This document shows positions 24,709 through 34,130 of a DNA stretch of 64,000 nt, piece by piece. The notes beneath the pieces are model-generated. The model had not been told where the DNA came from. It did not search any database and worked only from the letters and a program-made list of their open reading frames with translations. The DNA is from a virus, in IMG/VR virus record IMGVR_UViG_3300002092_001548, positions 1-64,000 of that record; one strand, given 5' to 3'. The position numbers and the translations under genes are program-made. Within the stretch, counting starts at the first letter, position 1. Every line of letters begins with the position of its first letter.

Positions 24709-25386
24709 GTGAAAGAGTACGAGTACCTTATAGTTTCCGATTTACATATGACTAGCCTAGTCTGTCAAAGTGAAAAGTTTGAAAATGTTCTTAAAACCGT
24801 AAAGGCAAAAAATATTGTTCTTAATGGAGATATAATTGATGTTAACCATACTAATCGTTTAAAGAAGAGCGATTGGGAAATTTTCCGATTACTCAGTAAA
24901 TTGAGTAAAAATACTCAGTGTTTCTGGAATAGTGGTAATCACGATGCTGATGTATCAGAATTATTGTCTGAATTTATTGGATTTAAGCATGGCAGAGAAG
25001 TTATCGCCAATATCAATGGAAATAATATTTTAATAACACATGGAGATCAATTTGATAGCTTTATTGGAGATTACCCTATAATAACCAATATAGGCGCGGG
25101 GTTATACTACTGGCTTCAGGCCATCGATCCAAAACAACAAAGAATTCCTAGGTTCTTAAAACAACGTAGTAAAAATTTTATTAAAGCTGGACAGAGGGTT
25201 CGCAATAATGCCATAAAATGGGCAACAGCTAAGGGGTACTCTTCAGTTATTTGCTCCCACGTTCATCAGGCCGAGGTTACTCAAGTTAATGAAATTATGT
25301 ACGCAAATACTGGATGTTTTACATTTGCCGAATGCTTCTATATCACTATAGATAAATTGGGTAAGATTGAACTCCATAAGGTGTAA
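24709..25386 (+). CDS. calcineurin-like metallophosphoesterase (LpxH-like)
   Basis: SDLH, GDIID, GNHD, HGDQFD, SHVH and ANTG motifs; GTG start 14 nt after TTGTAA. Confidence 0.85.
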   Translation: MKEYEYLIVSDLHMTSLVCQSEKFENVLKTVKAKNIVLNGDIIDVNHTNRLKKSDWEIFRLLSKLSKNTQCFWNSGNHDADVSELLSEFIGFKHGREVIANINGNNILITHGDQFDSFIGDYPIITNIGAGLYYWLQAIDPKQQRIPRFLKQRSKNFIKAGQRVRNNAIKWATAKGYSSVICSHVHQAEVTQVNEIMYANTGCFTFAECFYITIDKLGKIELHKV

Positions 25387-25420
25387 TTATAACTGTAGTG
25401 AAAGATTAAAACATGATAAT

Positions 25421-25455
25421 AGCCCTCCACGTGACGTGGGGGGCTTTCTCTTTTA
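25421..25455 (+). terminator. intrinsic terminator
   Basis: AGCCCTCCACG..CGTGGGGGGCT + TTCTCTTTT. Confidence 0.6.
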
Positions 25456-25468
25456 AACCAAAAATTTT

Positions 25469-26206
25469 ATGAAACAAAAACCCGTAAACAAGAAAGACAC
25501 ATCGCCTTATGTTGATAAGAAGCGCGCAAAACCGACTATTGAATTAAGTATTCGTGATCTTCCTTGGACAGAGAAACAACTGGCATTTTTCAAGCTAGCC
25601 CATGATAAAAAAACACGTATTGTTATTGTTAAAGGCGTAGCTGGTACTTCTAAAACTTTAATAGCCGCACATGTTGCGCTAACAAAGATGAAGGAAAAGA
25701 AAATTACCGAAATCTATTATAGCCGTGTTCCAGTAGAGAGTTCTATACATGGAATTGGATATATAAAAGGAGATTCAGATGAGAAGATGGCTCCTTATAT
25801 TCAACCCATGACAGACAAGCTTCATGAGCTTCTGCCAGAGCCACAGGTAAAGGCGCTCGCAGCTGATCGTAGAGTTATTGGTTTGCCATTAGGTTTCCTT
25901 CGTGGGTTAAACATTTCTAATGCTGTATTCGTAATGGATGAGGCACAAAATTGTCGCGTTGAGGACTTTCTTCTTGTCATGAGCCGCATGGCAAATTTTT
26001 CTACCCTGTTTGTTCTTGGTGATGCCCAGCAATCCGATATTCGTAATAGCGGATTCCTTCGTGTATTCGACCTATTTAATACAGATAAAGCAAAAGAGAA
26101 CGGCATTCATACTTTCGAGTTTGGAAAAGAAGATATTGTTCGTTCGGAAGTTCTATCTTATATTATTGAGTCGTTCGAGAGCTTACGTCCGCCGAATAAT
26201 AATTAA
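25469..26206 (+). CDS. phoH: PhoH-family ATPase
   Basis: GVAGTSKT, IGYIKGD..EKMAPY, FLRG, MDEAQN, LGD..QSD, DIVRS. Confidence 0.93.
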   Translation: MKQKPVNKKDTSPYVDKKRAKPTIELSIRDLPWTEKQLAFFKLAHDKKTRIVIVKGVAGTSKTLIAAHVALTKMKEKKITEIYYSRVPVESSIHGIGYIKGDSDEKMAPYIQPMTDKLHELLPEPQVKALAADRRVIGLPLGFLRGLNISNAVFVMDEAQNCRVEDFLLVMSRMANFSTLFVLGDAQQSDIRNSGFLRVFDLFNTDKAKENGIHTFEFGKEDIVRSEVLSYIIESFESLRPPNNN

Positions 26207-26800
26207 TTAACTAACGGAATCATAGAGAGCCTTAACGTCTTCAGGGATGTTAAGGTAATCTTTATATGTTTTTAATATTTTATCGGGACATAGGGCAAAT
26301 GTCTCTTTTAATTTTGCGCCCTTAGGCCAAATTTGGTAATGATATAAGTATGCATATTTATAAAGAACAGCGTTAGCCATTTGAGCATATATCTTGTCAT
26401 CCATAATATTATTCTTTCTAATAATTTTAATACTTCTTCTTTCGCAGTCTGCTTCTAGTTTAATTAGTAGTAAGATTTTATCCTTATTCTTTTTAGGTTT
26501 TAATATAACACTATCAAAGCTAAAGTCATTATCATCAAATTCATTCCATATTTTACTCTGATCTCTCCATTGTAAAAAATGTGAATATTCATGAATTAAA
26601 ACTCCAAAGGCTTCTTGTTGTGAGGTCTTTCCTCTTGCAACTTTAATTATTGGCGTTTCTTTCGCATCAAAATAGAATACCCCTTGACACTGGCTATCGC
26701 CGCCACAATACTCACCTTTACATATAATGATTCGGCCATTATACTCTAATAGGTCTCTTTTAATAATCGTAAAAAGCGGCGACTTGAAGAGGTTGGGCAT
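26207..26800 (-). CDS. putative zinc metallopeptidase (HExxH)
   Basis: LIHEYSHFLQ and downstream LEADCE; GTGTAA 14 nt upstream on the minus strand. Confidence 0.65.
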   Translation of the reverse strand: MPNLFKSPLFTIIKRDLLEYNGRIIICKGEYCGGDSQCQGVFYFDAKETPIIKVARGKTSQQEAFGVLIHEYSHFLQWRDQSKIWNEFDDNDFSFDSVILKPKKNKDKILLLIKLEADCERRSIKIIRKNNIMDDKIYAQMANAVLYKYAYLYHYQIWPKGAKLKETFALCPDKILKTYKDYLNIPEDVKALYDSVS

Positions 26801-26884
26801 GATCTAATTTACACTCCAGATCTAATATAGGGGTTACTCAAAGAGAAATTGGAATTTTAGGTGTAATTTCTGAATAATAAGTGT

Positions 26885-27451
26885 ATGAAATACTATTGCT
26901 TAACTTGTGGAAAGCCAACAAGCTATACGTTAAATTTGCCTAAATTTTGTTCAGAATGTGGAGTTCCTACTATCGGTGCACAATTTAAGAAACCCACTGC
27001 TACCGAATTACAGCAGAATCATCGCCCCCCAGCTGATCCTAAACCTAGTGAACCACGAGTGATCCCAATAGATAAGATGAGTATGGCTACAGAAGAAGTT
27101 TCGGCCGAAGAAACATTGCTTTATCCAGAAAGCAAATTTAAAGTAAGGATTGAGGGCGGTAGAAATCGACCACAAAGAGAAGAGCCTCTCGAAGAATATC
27201 AGGAAAATATTGTATCTTCTGAAGATATTGATTCTGAATATTTTGATACTAGTAAATTTAAAAATATTAAACCTAAATTTAAGATTGAGACCTTTGCTAA
27301 CTCAAGTGATTCCTTGGAGGGACTCCTTACCCAAGGGGCAATGATGACCTCTCGACCAGAGCCTATAGAATATGATCGTGGCCCCGCCATGTCGCAAGAG
27401 CAAGTTTTAGCTGAATTTCAACGCGAAGCTGGTGCATCTAGACAAAAATAA
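26885..27451 (+). CDS. zinc-ribbon protein
   Basis: YCLTCG..PKFCSECG at the N-terminus. Confidence 0.7.
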   Translation: MKYYCLTCGKPTSYTLNLPKFCSECGVPTIGAQFKKPTATELQQNHRPPADPKPSEPRVIPIDKMSMATEEVSAEETLLYPESKFKVRIEGGRNRPQREEPLEEYQENIVSSEDIDSEYFDTSKFKNIKPKFKIETFANSSDSLEGLLTQGAMMTSRPEPIEYDRGPAMSQEQVLAEFQREAGASRQK

Positions 27452-27457
27452 AATATT

Positions 27458-28156
27458 GTGTCAAATATACCCAAGCCCTCCTTTGAGGACTCCATTGATA
27501 TTATCGATGAAGAAATAATGAAAAGAAAGTCGCGATGGCATTTAACAGCTATCGCTTGGATGGATTTTCAAGATATATCACAAAGATTAAGAATACATAT
27601 ATATAAGAAGTGGGATAAGTGGGATGATATACGACCATTACGGCCGTGGTTAAATCAGGTGATTAATCATCAAATAACCAACATGTTACGTAATCATTAT
27701 TCTAACTTTTCTAGGCCTTGTTTAAAATGCAAATTTAATACTGGGGAATATGGCTGTTCAGTCTATGGAACTCAAAATAGCGGATGTAAGGATTATGGTA
27801 AATGGGAGAGGACAAAAAAGAACGCCTATGATATAAAGTTCCCAGTTAGTATTAATAGCCCCAACTCTCAAAACCCAGAAACTACCTTAGAGACAGTTTT
27901 ACATGGTCAAGAACTGGGTGTTGATATCGAGGGACTAATGCCCGCATTTAATGACCTAATGAGAAAGAATCTTTCAGTTATTGAATGGAGAGTTTATGAC
28001 TATATGTTTCTCCAGCATTTTGAAGAGGCCGACGTTGCAAAGAAGCTTGGTTATAAATTAAGTTATAAGGATGGTCGCCCAGCCTACCGTCAAATCAGTA
28101 AAATTAAATCTAAAATATTACAAAAAGCAAGAGAGCTAGTGAAGGAGGTTGTATGA
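27458..28156 (+). CDS. RNA polymerase sigma-factor-like protein (candidate late sigma)
   Basis: region 2-like DFQDISQ..KWD..RPLRPWLNQVINHQITNMLR and region 4-like LSVIEWRVY..EADVAKKLG, with a Cys-rich insert. Confidence 0.65.
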   Translation: MSNIPKPSFEDSIDIIDEEIMKRKSRWHLTAIAWMDFQDISQRLRIHIYKKWDKWDDIRPLRPWLNQVINHQITNMLRNHYSNFSRPCLKCKFNTGEYGCSVYGTQNSGCKDYGKWERTKKNAYDIKFPVSINSPNSQNPETTLETVLHGQELGVDIEGLMPAFNDLMRKNLSVIEWRVYDYMFLQHFEEADVAKKLGYKLSYKDGRPAYRQISKIKSKILQKARELVKEVV

Positions 28157-29259
28157 GCGAACAAATGCTAATACCAGAACAAGAACAAAAGATCAAAGAC
28201 TATATTCGTAATAACCCAGAGGCAACACTGTCTGAGATTGCGGCCTATGCTTATGATGACCCATTAGTTGACAGTAGGAGTAAAGAGGGGCGCGCTGTAA
28301 AGCAGTTCCTTCTTGATAATAAGATTGAGTATAAAAATAAATCTGTAACTCAGCGTGAAAGAATTGTTTTAAATGCGGAGCAAAAAGAATTTATTACTAA
28401 TAACTATAAGAATCAACATTATATGGAAATTGCTAAATTAATTTTTAGTAATGATAAGTTAACTCATGTTACATTAGAAGCAAAAGAAGTTAATGCTTAT
28501 ATTCAAGAGCTACAGAGAAAGGATCCAATGCATTTGGAGACAATGACTTATACTCCAGATAAGGACAACCCAAGCCCAGCCGGAGCTTACTTTCCACCAA
28601 GGAGAACTGACCAGACGGTCTTCCGTATTAATAAATATTTAAGTTTAGGTTGGGATGCGACTTCCTTGAAAGCAACTCAGGCTAAACAGGTTGATGTTCT
28701 TCAGCGTTACCTTAATACTTTTAGTTTTTGTCATCAGATTAGTACCTATAAAACAAATGAAGACCGACAGCTTTTTGAAGATGCATTTATTCGATATACT
28801 TATGATAAAGAAGACCTAAGTCAGGAAGAATTAGATCAATTTATTGTTCTATGTACTGAAGTTGTTACTGCGTCAACTATTTTACAGCAAGTTGAGGAAA
28901 TGCGCGAAATGTTGCGCGGAATTACTGCTGATGGCGAGGGTAGGAATATTAAGATGCAGCTGAACGAGGCAATTAACAATCTACAAACCGAATATAACCA
29001 GTGTCGTACGCGTCAAAGTAAACTGTATAAATCGCTTGTTGACGATAGATCAAAAAGGATATCGGCTAGACGAGAAGAGAACGCCAGCATTCTTAATTTG
29101 GTTCAGGCTTGGAAAGATGAAGAGCGCCGTAAGGGTATTATTCAACTAGCCGAAGCACAGAAGCAGAATCTGAAAGATGAAGCCAAAAGACTCTCATCTA
29201 TGGATGAGCTTAAAGCGGTTATCCGTGGAATTGATATCGACGAAATGGTTAATGGTTAA
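28153..29259 (+). CDS. hypothetical protein, possible terminase small subunit / DNA-binding
   Basis: helical HTH-like N-terminal repeats and coiled C-terminus; upstream of terminase. Confidence 0.5.
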   Translation: MSEQMLIPEQEQKIKDYIRNNPEATLSEIAAYAYDDPLVDSRSKEGRAVKQFLLDNKIEYKNKSVTQRERIVLNAEQKEFITNNYKNQHYMEIAKLIFSNDKLTHVTLEAKEVNAYIQELQRKDPMHLETMTYTPDKDNPSPAGAYFPPRRTDQTVFRINKYLSLGWDATSLKATQAKQVDVLQRYLNTFSFCHQISTYKTNEDRQLFEDAFIRYTYDKEDLSQEELDQFIVLCTEVVTASTILQQVEEMREMLRGITADGEGRNIKMQLNEAINNLQTEYNQCRTRQSKLYKSLVDDRSKRISARREENASILNLVQAWKDEERRKGIIQLAEAQKQNLKDEAKRLSSMDELKAVIRGIDIDEMVNG

Positions 29260-29263
29260 TTGT

Positions 29264-30205
29264 ATGGAATATAATGAATGTTTAAAATGTAGAATTTGCC
29301 CTAAACAGGTGGTTGATCATATTGATATGATAACTCATATTAAATATCATAAGATTGGCGCCAAGTCTTATTTTAGTCAATACTTTCCAAAGAAAGACTT
29401 ATTAACTGGAGAGCCTATTCAGTACAAATCTTTTGAGCAATATTATGTATGTGACTTTATTGATAAAAGAAATTTAAAGCTATGGCTAAAAGAAATTCCT
29501 AGAGAAGAGGCCTGTAAATACTTAAAAGATAAGTTGGCACTCTATTGTAAGATTAAAGATATAGCTATAGCGCCCGGTCAAACAGAAATTAAAACAATTT
29601 CATGCTTACCTAGTATAGATGTATTTGAATTATATTGTCAGGAAGATTTTAATACTACCTGTGCGGCCGCAGGATTAAAAACAAGATTCGATTATACTAA
29701 AAAATATAGTCAGGTGGATTTCTCTAATTTTTCCGGTGGAGATATTGTAATTGATACTAGAGAGCAAACCCCATTAAAGTTTAAAGGTCTAAATATTATA
29801 TCTTCTAAACTAGAGTGTGGTGACTATGCTAAATCAGTTGATGCAAACTTAACAGTTGAGAGAAAGAGCATGAATGATTTCTATTCAACCTTGAGTGGTG
29901 GGCTAGAGAGATTTCGTAAAGAAATTGCACGAGCTAAATCATTAGGTACTTATGTTGTCGTTCTTACGGAATGCAAATTAAATACTGTTCTATATGCTAA
30001 ACGAAAGTTTGGCGCCTGTTCTGGAGATTTTGTTATGCATCATATGCGCCAAATTTGTAGAGAATTTGATAATGTTCAGTTTGTATTTTGTGATGGCCGA
30101 GCCGAAGCTTCAAAGCAAACGCTTTATATCTTAGAAATGGGCAAGACTGCTGAACGTGTTGATCTTCAACATTTATTTGATACAGGAGGATTTGAATGGC
30201 TTTAA
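29264..30205 (+). CDS. ERCC4/XPF-domain nuclease with N-terminal C2H2 zinc finger
   Basis: VIDTREQ, LECGDY, VERKSMNDF, RF..E..RA; CRIC..H...H. Confidence 0.85.
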   Translation: MEYNECLKCRICPKQVVDHIDMITHIKYHKIGAKSYFSQYFPKKDLLTGEPIQYKSFEQYYVCDFIDKRNLKLWLKEIPREEACKYLKDKLALYCKIKDIAIAPGQTEIKTISCLPSIDVFELYCQEDFNTTCAAAGLKTRFDYTKKYSQVDFSNFSGGDIVIDTREQTPLKFKGLNIISSKLECGDYAKSVDANLTVERKSMNDFYSTLSGGLERFRKEIARAKSLGTYVVVLTECKLNTVLYAKRKFGACSGDFVMHHMRQICREFDNVQFVFCDGRAEASKQTLYILEMGKTAERVDLQHLFDTGGFEWL

Positions 30206-32097
30206 TAACTGGAAAACAAAATAGCAAGGGGTGGAGCGATGTTAATAAGGAATTAATGGATCTGAAAGGCGAACTTACTGACGCCGAGGCACGAATTTCT
30301 TTAGCAAAATTTCTAAGACATAACTTGGCTTTTACTACCGAATTAATTCTTGGTATTACTTTAGAAGCTTATCAGGAACTAACTCTCAAATCTTTCTTTC
30401 ACAGAAACTACTGTATGTTGGTTTGGGGTCGTGGTTGTGCAAAGAGTTTTACTGCAGCGGTTTACTGTGTATTAAAATGCATTTTTGAACCGGGTACAAA
30501 GATACTCATCGCTTCTATTAACTTTCGTACTAGCCGACGACTGTTTAATGAGATAGAGAAATTTTTAGCTACACCTACCGCCACACTAGCTATGCAGTGT
30601 TTTGGGGCAAAAATGAAACGTAACGATCAATATGAGTGGACAATTAATGGTGGTAGTATTACCGCTATCCCGTTAACTGGAGAAAAAATTCGTGGTATCC
30701 GTGCAAACGTTCTTATTCTTGACGAGTTTTTACTCTTGCCTCCAGATATTATTGATAATGTATTAATGCCGTTCTTGAGTTCACCTAGAGATGTTAGTGA
30801 TCGTATTAGAACTAGAAAGTTAGAAGATGAATTAATTAAAAAGGGCTTGCTACATGAGGATAATAGACAGATATTTGAGAACACTTCTCAGATGATAGCT
30901 CTGAGTTCGGCAAGTTATACCTTTGAGCATTTATATCGAACTCATCAGCAATGGGCATCTCTTATTGAGGAACCTGAACAACAAGAATCTAAAAACGGAG
31001 AACTACCGGGAACTTACTTTATATCACAACTAAGTTATGAGGCACTTCCTCCACATATGGTTGATCAGGCGGCAATTCAGCTGGCAAAAAATGGTGGCAG
31101 TTCCCATAACTCATTCTTACGTGAGTATGCCGCAAGATTTATTGATGGTGGTGATAGTTATTTTTCGCCAAAGAAAATGTTCATGTGTACCGTTGCGGAT
31201 GGTGAGTATCCAACGACAAAAATTGTTGGTGAACCGGGTAAAAAGTACATCCTATCTATAGATCCTAACTTCTCATCGTCAAAGAGTGCTGACTATTTTG
31301 CGATGAGTTTAATTGAGCTTGATGAAGAAAAAAAGCAAGGTATATTAGTTCACGGATATCAGGCCGCAGGGTCTTCTCTTCAAGATCATATTAAATATTT
31401 ATATTATATCTATAAAAATTTCAATATTGTATTAGTGGTAATCGATCATGCTGGCGCAGATACATTTATGGATGCTGTTAATAATTCAACATTCTTTAAG
31501 GATATGAATAAACAGATTAAGTTCTTTGATTTTGATTCTGATAAAGAAAATGAAGATTACGTGTCAATGATAAAAGAAGCAGGAAAGCAATATAATAAAG
31601 ACCTTGGCTCAATATGTATTAAACAGTATTTTACAACTTCTTTCTTGGTTCGCGCCAATTCATACCTACAAACCTGTATCGACCATAAAAAGATCTGGTT
31701 CGCATCAAGGGCAAGTAATCACCCAGATATTCTAGAAAATATGTTCACAATGAATCTCCCTATGGATTATGTTTACCCTAGGGGTATTGGAGATAAAGCA
31801 GATAATGAGTATGAAACAAAGAAGTTAACTGTCCGTGACTTTATAGAACAACAGGACTTTATTGTTCAAGATACAAAAGATCAGTGTGCAAATGTTGAGG
31901 TTACTAGCACTTCAAGGGGTGGGCAAAGTTTTGATTTACCATCAAACCTAAGAAAGTCTACAAGTGTAAATCGTGCGCGAAAAGATAACTATACAACTCT
32001 AATGTTGGGAAATTGGGGTGTTAAATGTTATTTTGATATAACTGCGCCTGATAATTTAAAGAAAAAGAGTAATGATTTTGTGGCAGTGCTGATTTAA
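30196..32097 (+). CDS. terL: terminase large subunit
   Basis: Walker A-like WGRGCAKS, IRGIRANVLILDE, LSSA, RNase H-like SIDP..DYF and RKD. Confidence 0.88.
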   Translation: MALITGKQNSKGWSDVNKELMDLKGELTDAEARISLAKFLRHNLAFTTELILGITLEAYQELTLKSFFHRNYCMLVWGRGCAKSFTAAVYCVLKCIFEPGTKILIASINFRTSRRLFNEIEKFLATPTATLAMQCFGAKMKRNDQYEWTINGGSITAIPLTGEKIRGIRANVLILDEFLLLPPDIIDNVLMPFLSSPRDVSDRIRTRKLEDELIKKGLLHEDNRQIFENTSQMIALSSASYTFEHLYRTHQQWASLIEEPEQQESKNGELPGTYFISQLSYEALPPHMVDQAAIQLAKNGGSSHNSFLREYAARFIDGGDSYFSPKKMFMCTVADGEYPTTKIVGEPGKKYILSIDPNFSSSKSADYFAMSLIELDEEKKQGILVHGYQAAGSSLQDHIKYLYYIYKNFNIVLVVIDHAGADTFMDAVNNSTFFKDMNKQIKFFDFDSDKENEDYVSMIKEAGKQYNKDLGSICIKQYFTTSFLVRANSYLQTCIDHKKIWFASRASNHPDILENMFTMNLPMDYVYPRGIGDKADNEYETKKLTVRDFIEQQDFIVQDTKDQCANVEVTSTSRGGQSFDLPSNLRKSTSVNRARKDNYTTLMLGNWGVKCYFDITAPDNLKKKSNDFVAVLI

Positions 32098-32134
32098 AAA
32101 AAGATTTAAGTGTAATAAACTTTTATAATATATA

Positions 32135-34129
32135 ATGAGAAAAAAGGCAACAACGGTAAAAGGAAAGGATTTGGAGATAAAGGCATCTGAAGGTAAACCC
32201 AAAAAGAACCTAACTATCCCTGAACCCTCATTAATTGCTGGATCTACAACTCTGGATGATATGACGCAGATTAAAGCTGATGCGTCAAATGATTTTTATA
32301 ATACCGATACCTATTCTCAAGTGCCGGGCACAAGACGTAGTCGCGCCTCTACTATTACTCGTACATCTCAATATGCTAATATTGAGGGCGGTATTGTTCC
32401 TTTTATCTATAGTGGCGGAAGGGGTAATTATACTTCAAATGTTAGTATTCGTGATGGTATTATTCTCTGTCAGAAGGCTTATTATAATTATTCTGCTTTC
32501 CGTAATACTATTGATTTAATGACAGAGTTTGCCTGCTCTGCTATTTACTTTAGTGGTGGGAATGCTCAGTCTAGAAGATTCTTTGATGCTTGGGCTGAAA
32601 GGGTTAATCTTTGGAAGCTACAAGATAGTTTTTTTAGAGAATATTTTAGAAGCGGTAATGTGTTCATGTATAAATTGAATGCTACCTTTAAGAAAGAGGA
32701 CATGATGACCATTACGCAGTTAATGGGGGCAACAGAAAAAGATATTCCAATTCGTTATGTTGTTTTAAATCCTGCAGATATTCAATCTATCGGGTCGGCC
32801 TCGTTTATTGCCCCAAGATATGTAAAGGTTCTTAATGATTTTGAAATGCAGTTGTTAACAAATCCAAAAACGGATGAGGATAAAGAATTGGCAACAAAAA
32901 TTCGTGAGTTTGCGCAAATTCAAGATACTGTAAAAATTTCTCAAGCGAATGCTTACTTGGTTTTCTATTTGGATCCAGATAAAGTTAAGGCAGTGTTTTA
33001 TAAAAAGCAGGACTATGAGCCATTTAGTGTTCCGATGGGTTTCCCTGTTTTGCGTGATATTAACTGGAAACAAGAGCTTAAGAATATTGATATGGCAATT
33101 AGTCGTACTGTTCAACAGGCTGTTCTTTTAGTAACAATGGGTAATGATGAAATCGGAATGCCAAGTAAGGCTCAGATTCAAGCTCTAACAAATATTTTTC
33201 AAAATGAAAGTGTTGGAAGAATTCTTGTTGCGGACTATACAACAAAGGTTCAGTTTGTTATACCAGAAATTGGGCATATCCTTGACCCCAAGAAATACGA
33301 AGTAGTTGACCGAGATATTAAAGAGGGACTTAATAGTATTCTATTAGGGGATGAGAAGTATGCCAGTGCGCAATCAAAAGTAGAGGTATTTCTTTCTAGA
33401 TTAAAGCATTCTAGAGAGGCGTTCATGAATCAGTTCTTATTTCCAGAAGTAAAAGAGATTGCAAAAGAACTTGGATTCAAATCTGTTCCAACTCCAAGAT
33501 TTAAAGATGTTGATTTTAAAGATGATAATGTTCTTGCCCGTGTATATTCAAGACTAATAGAGATTGGTGTACTAACTCCAGAAGAGGGCGTTACAGCTAT
33601 TGATACTGGCAGATTGCCAACCCCAGAAGAGAGCGTTGAAAATCAGCGTAAACTTGCTGAATATCATAAGGAGGGACTATATCAGCCAGTTCTTAATAAT
33701 CCTAATTTGGTCATACCCGGTGGCGAAGGCGCTGGTAGGCCATCTGGAACTGGCGGAACTCCTAAGTCGCCGCCATCTAAGATTACGCCAGTTGGTAAGG
33801 GGAATTCTGCACCAAAAAATAAAATTTCAGCAACTAGGGTCGCAGAGAACTTGTCTAAATTTGACCTACTAGCTACAACAGTAGAAAATACATTAAAAGA
33901 TAAATTCAATAAAAAGAAATTGTCTAAAGAGCAGAAGAAAATAGTGGGAGAGGTCGCAGAAACTATTGGTATCAATGAGTCTCCCGATAAATGGTTAGAA
34001 AGTATTGCTGAATATATTAATAGTCCAGTTCAATTAACTGAAAATTTTACAGAAGTTCAAAATATTGCCGAGAAGCATGGTGTTGATACTAAAACCGCAT
34101 TAATCCTAATGCATAGTGAAATAGAATAA
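32135..34129 (+). CDS. portal protein
   Basis: follows terL; FRNTIDLMTEF, FFREYFRSGNVF, YKKQDYEPFSVP, GVLTPEE. Confidence 0.75.
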   Translation: MRKKATTVKGKDLEIKASEGKPKKNLTIPEPSLIAGSTTLDDMTQIKADASNDFYNTDTYSQVPGTRRSRASTITRTSQYANIEGGIVPFIYSGGRGNYTSNVSIRDGIILCQKAYYNYSAFRNTIDLMTEFACSAIYFSGGNAQSRRFFDAWAERVNLWKLQDSFFREYFRSGNVFMYKLNATFKKEDMMTITQLMGATEKDIPIRYVVLNPADIQSIGSASFIAPRYVKVLNDFEMQLLTNPKTDEDKELATKIREFAQIQDTVKISQANAYLVFYLDPDKVKAVFYKKQDYEPFSVPMGFPVLRDINWKQELKNIDMAISRTVQQAVLLVTMGNDEIGMPSKAQIQALTNIFQNESVGRILVADYTTKVQFVIPEIGHILDPKKYEVVDRDIKEGLNSILLGDEKYASAQSKVEVFLSRLKHSREAFMNQFLFPEVKEIAKELGFKSVPTPRFKDVDFKDDNVLARVYSRLIEIGVLTPEEGVTAIDTGRLPTPEESVENQRKLAEYHKEGLYQPVLNNPNLVIPGGEGAGRPSGTGGTPKSPPSKITPVGKGNSAPKNKISATRVAENLSKFDLLATTVENTLKDKFNKKKLSKEQKKIVGEVAETIGINESPDKWLESIAEYINSPVQLTENFTEVQNIAEKHGVDTKTALILMHSEIE

Positions 34130-34130
34130 T

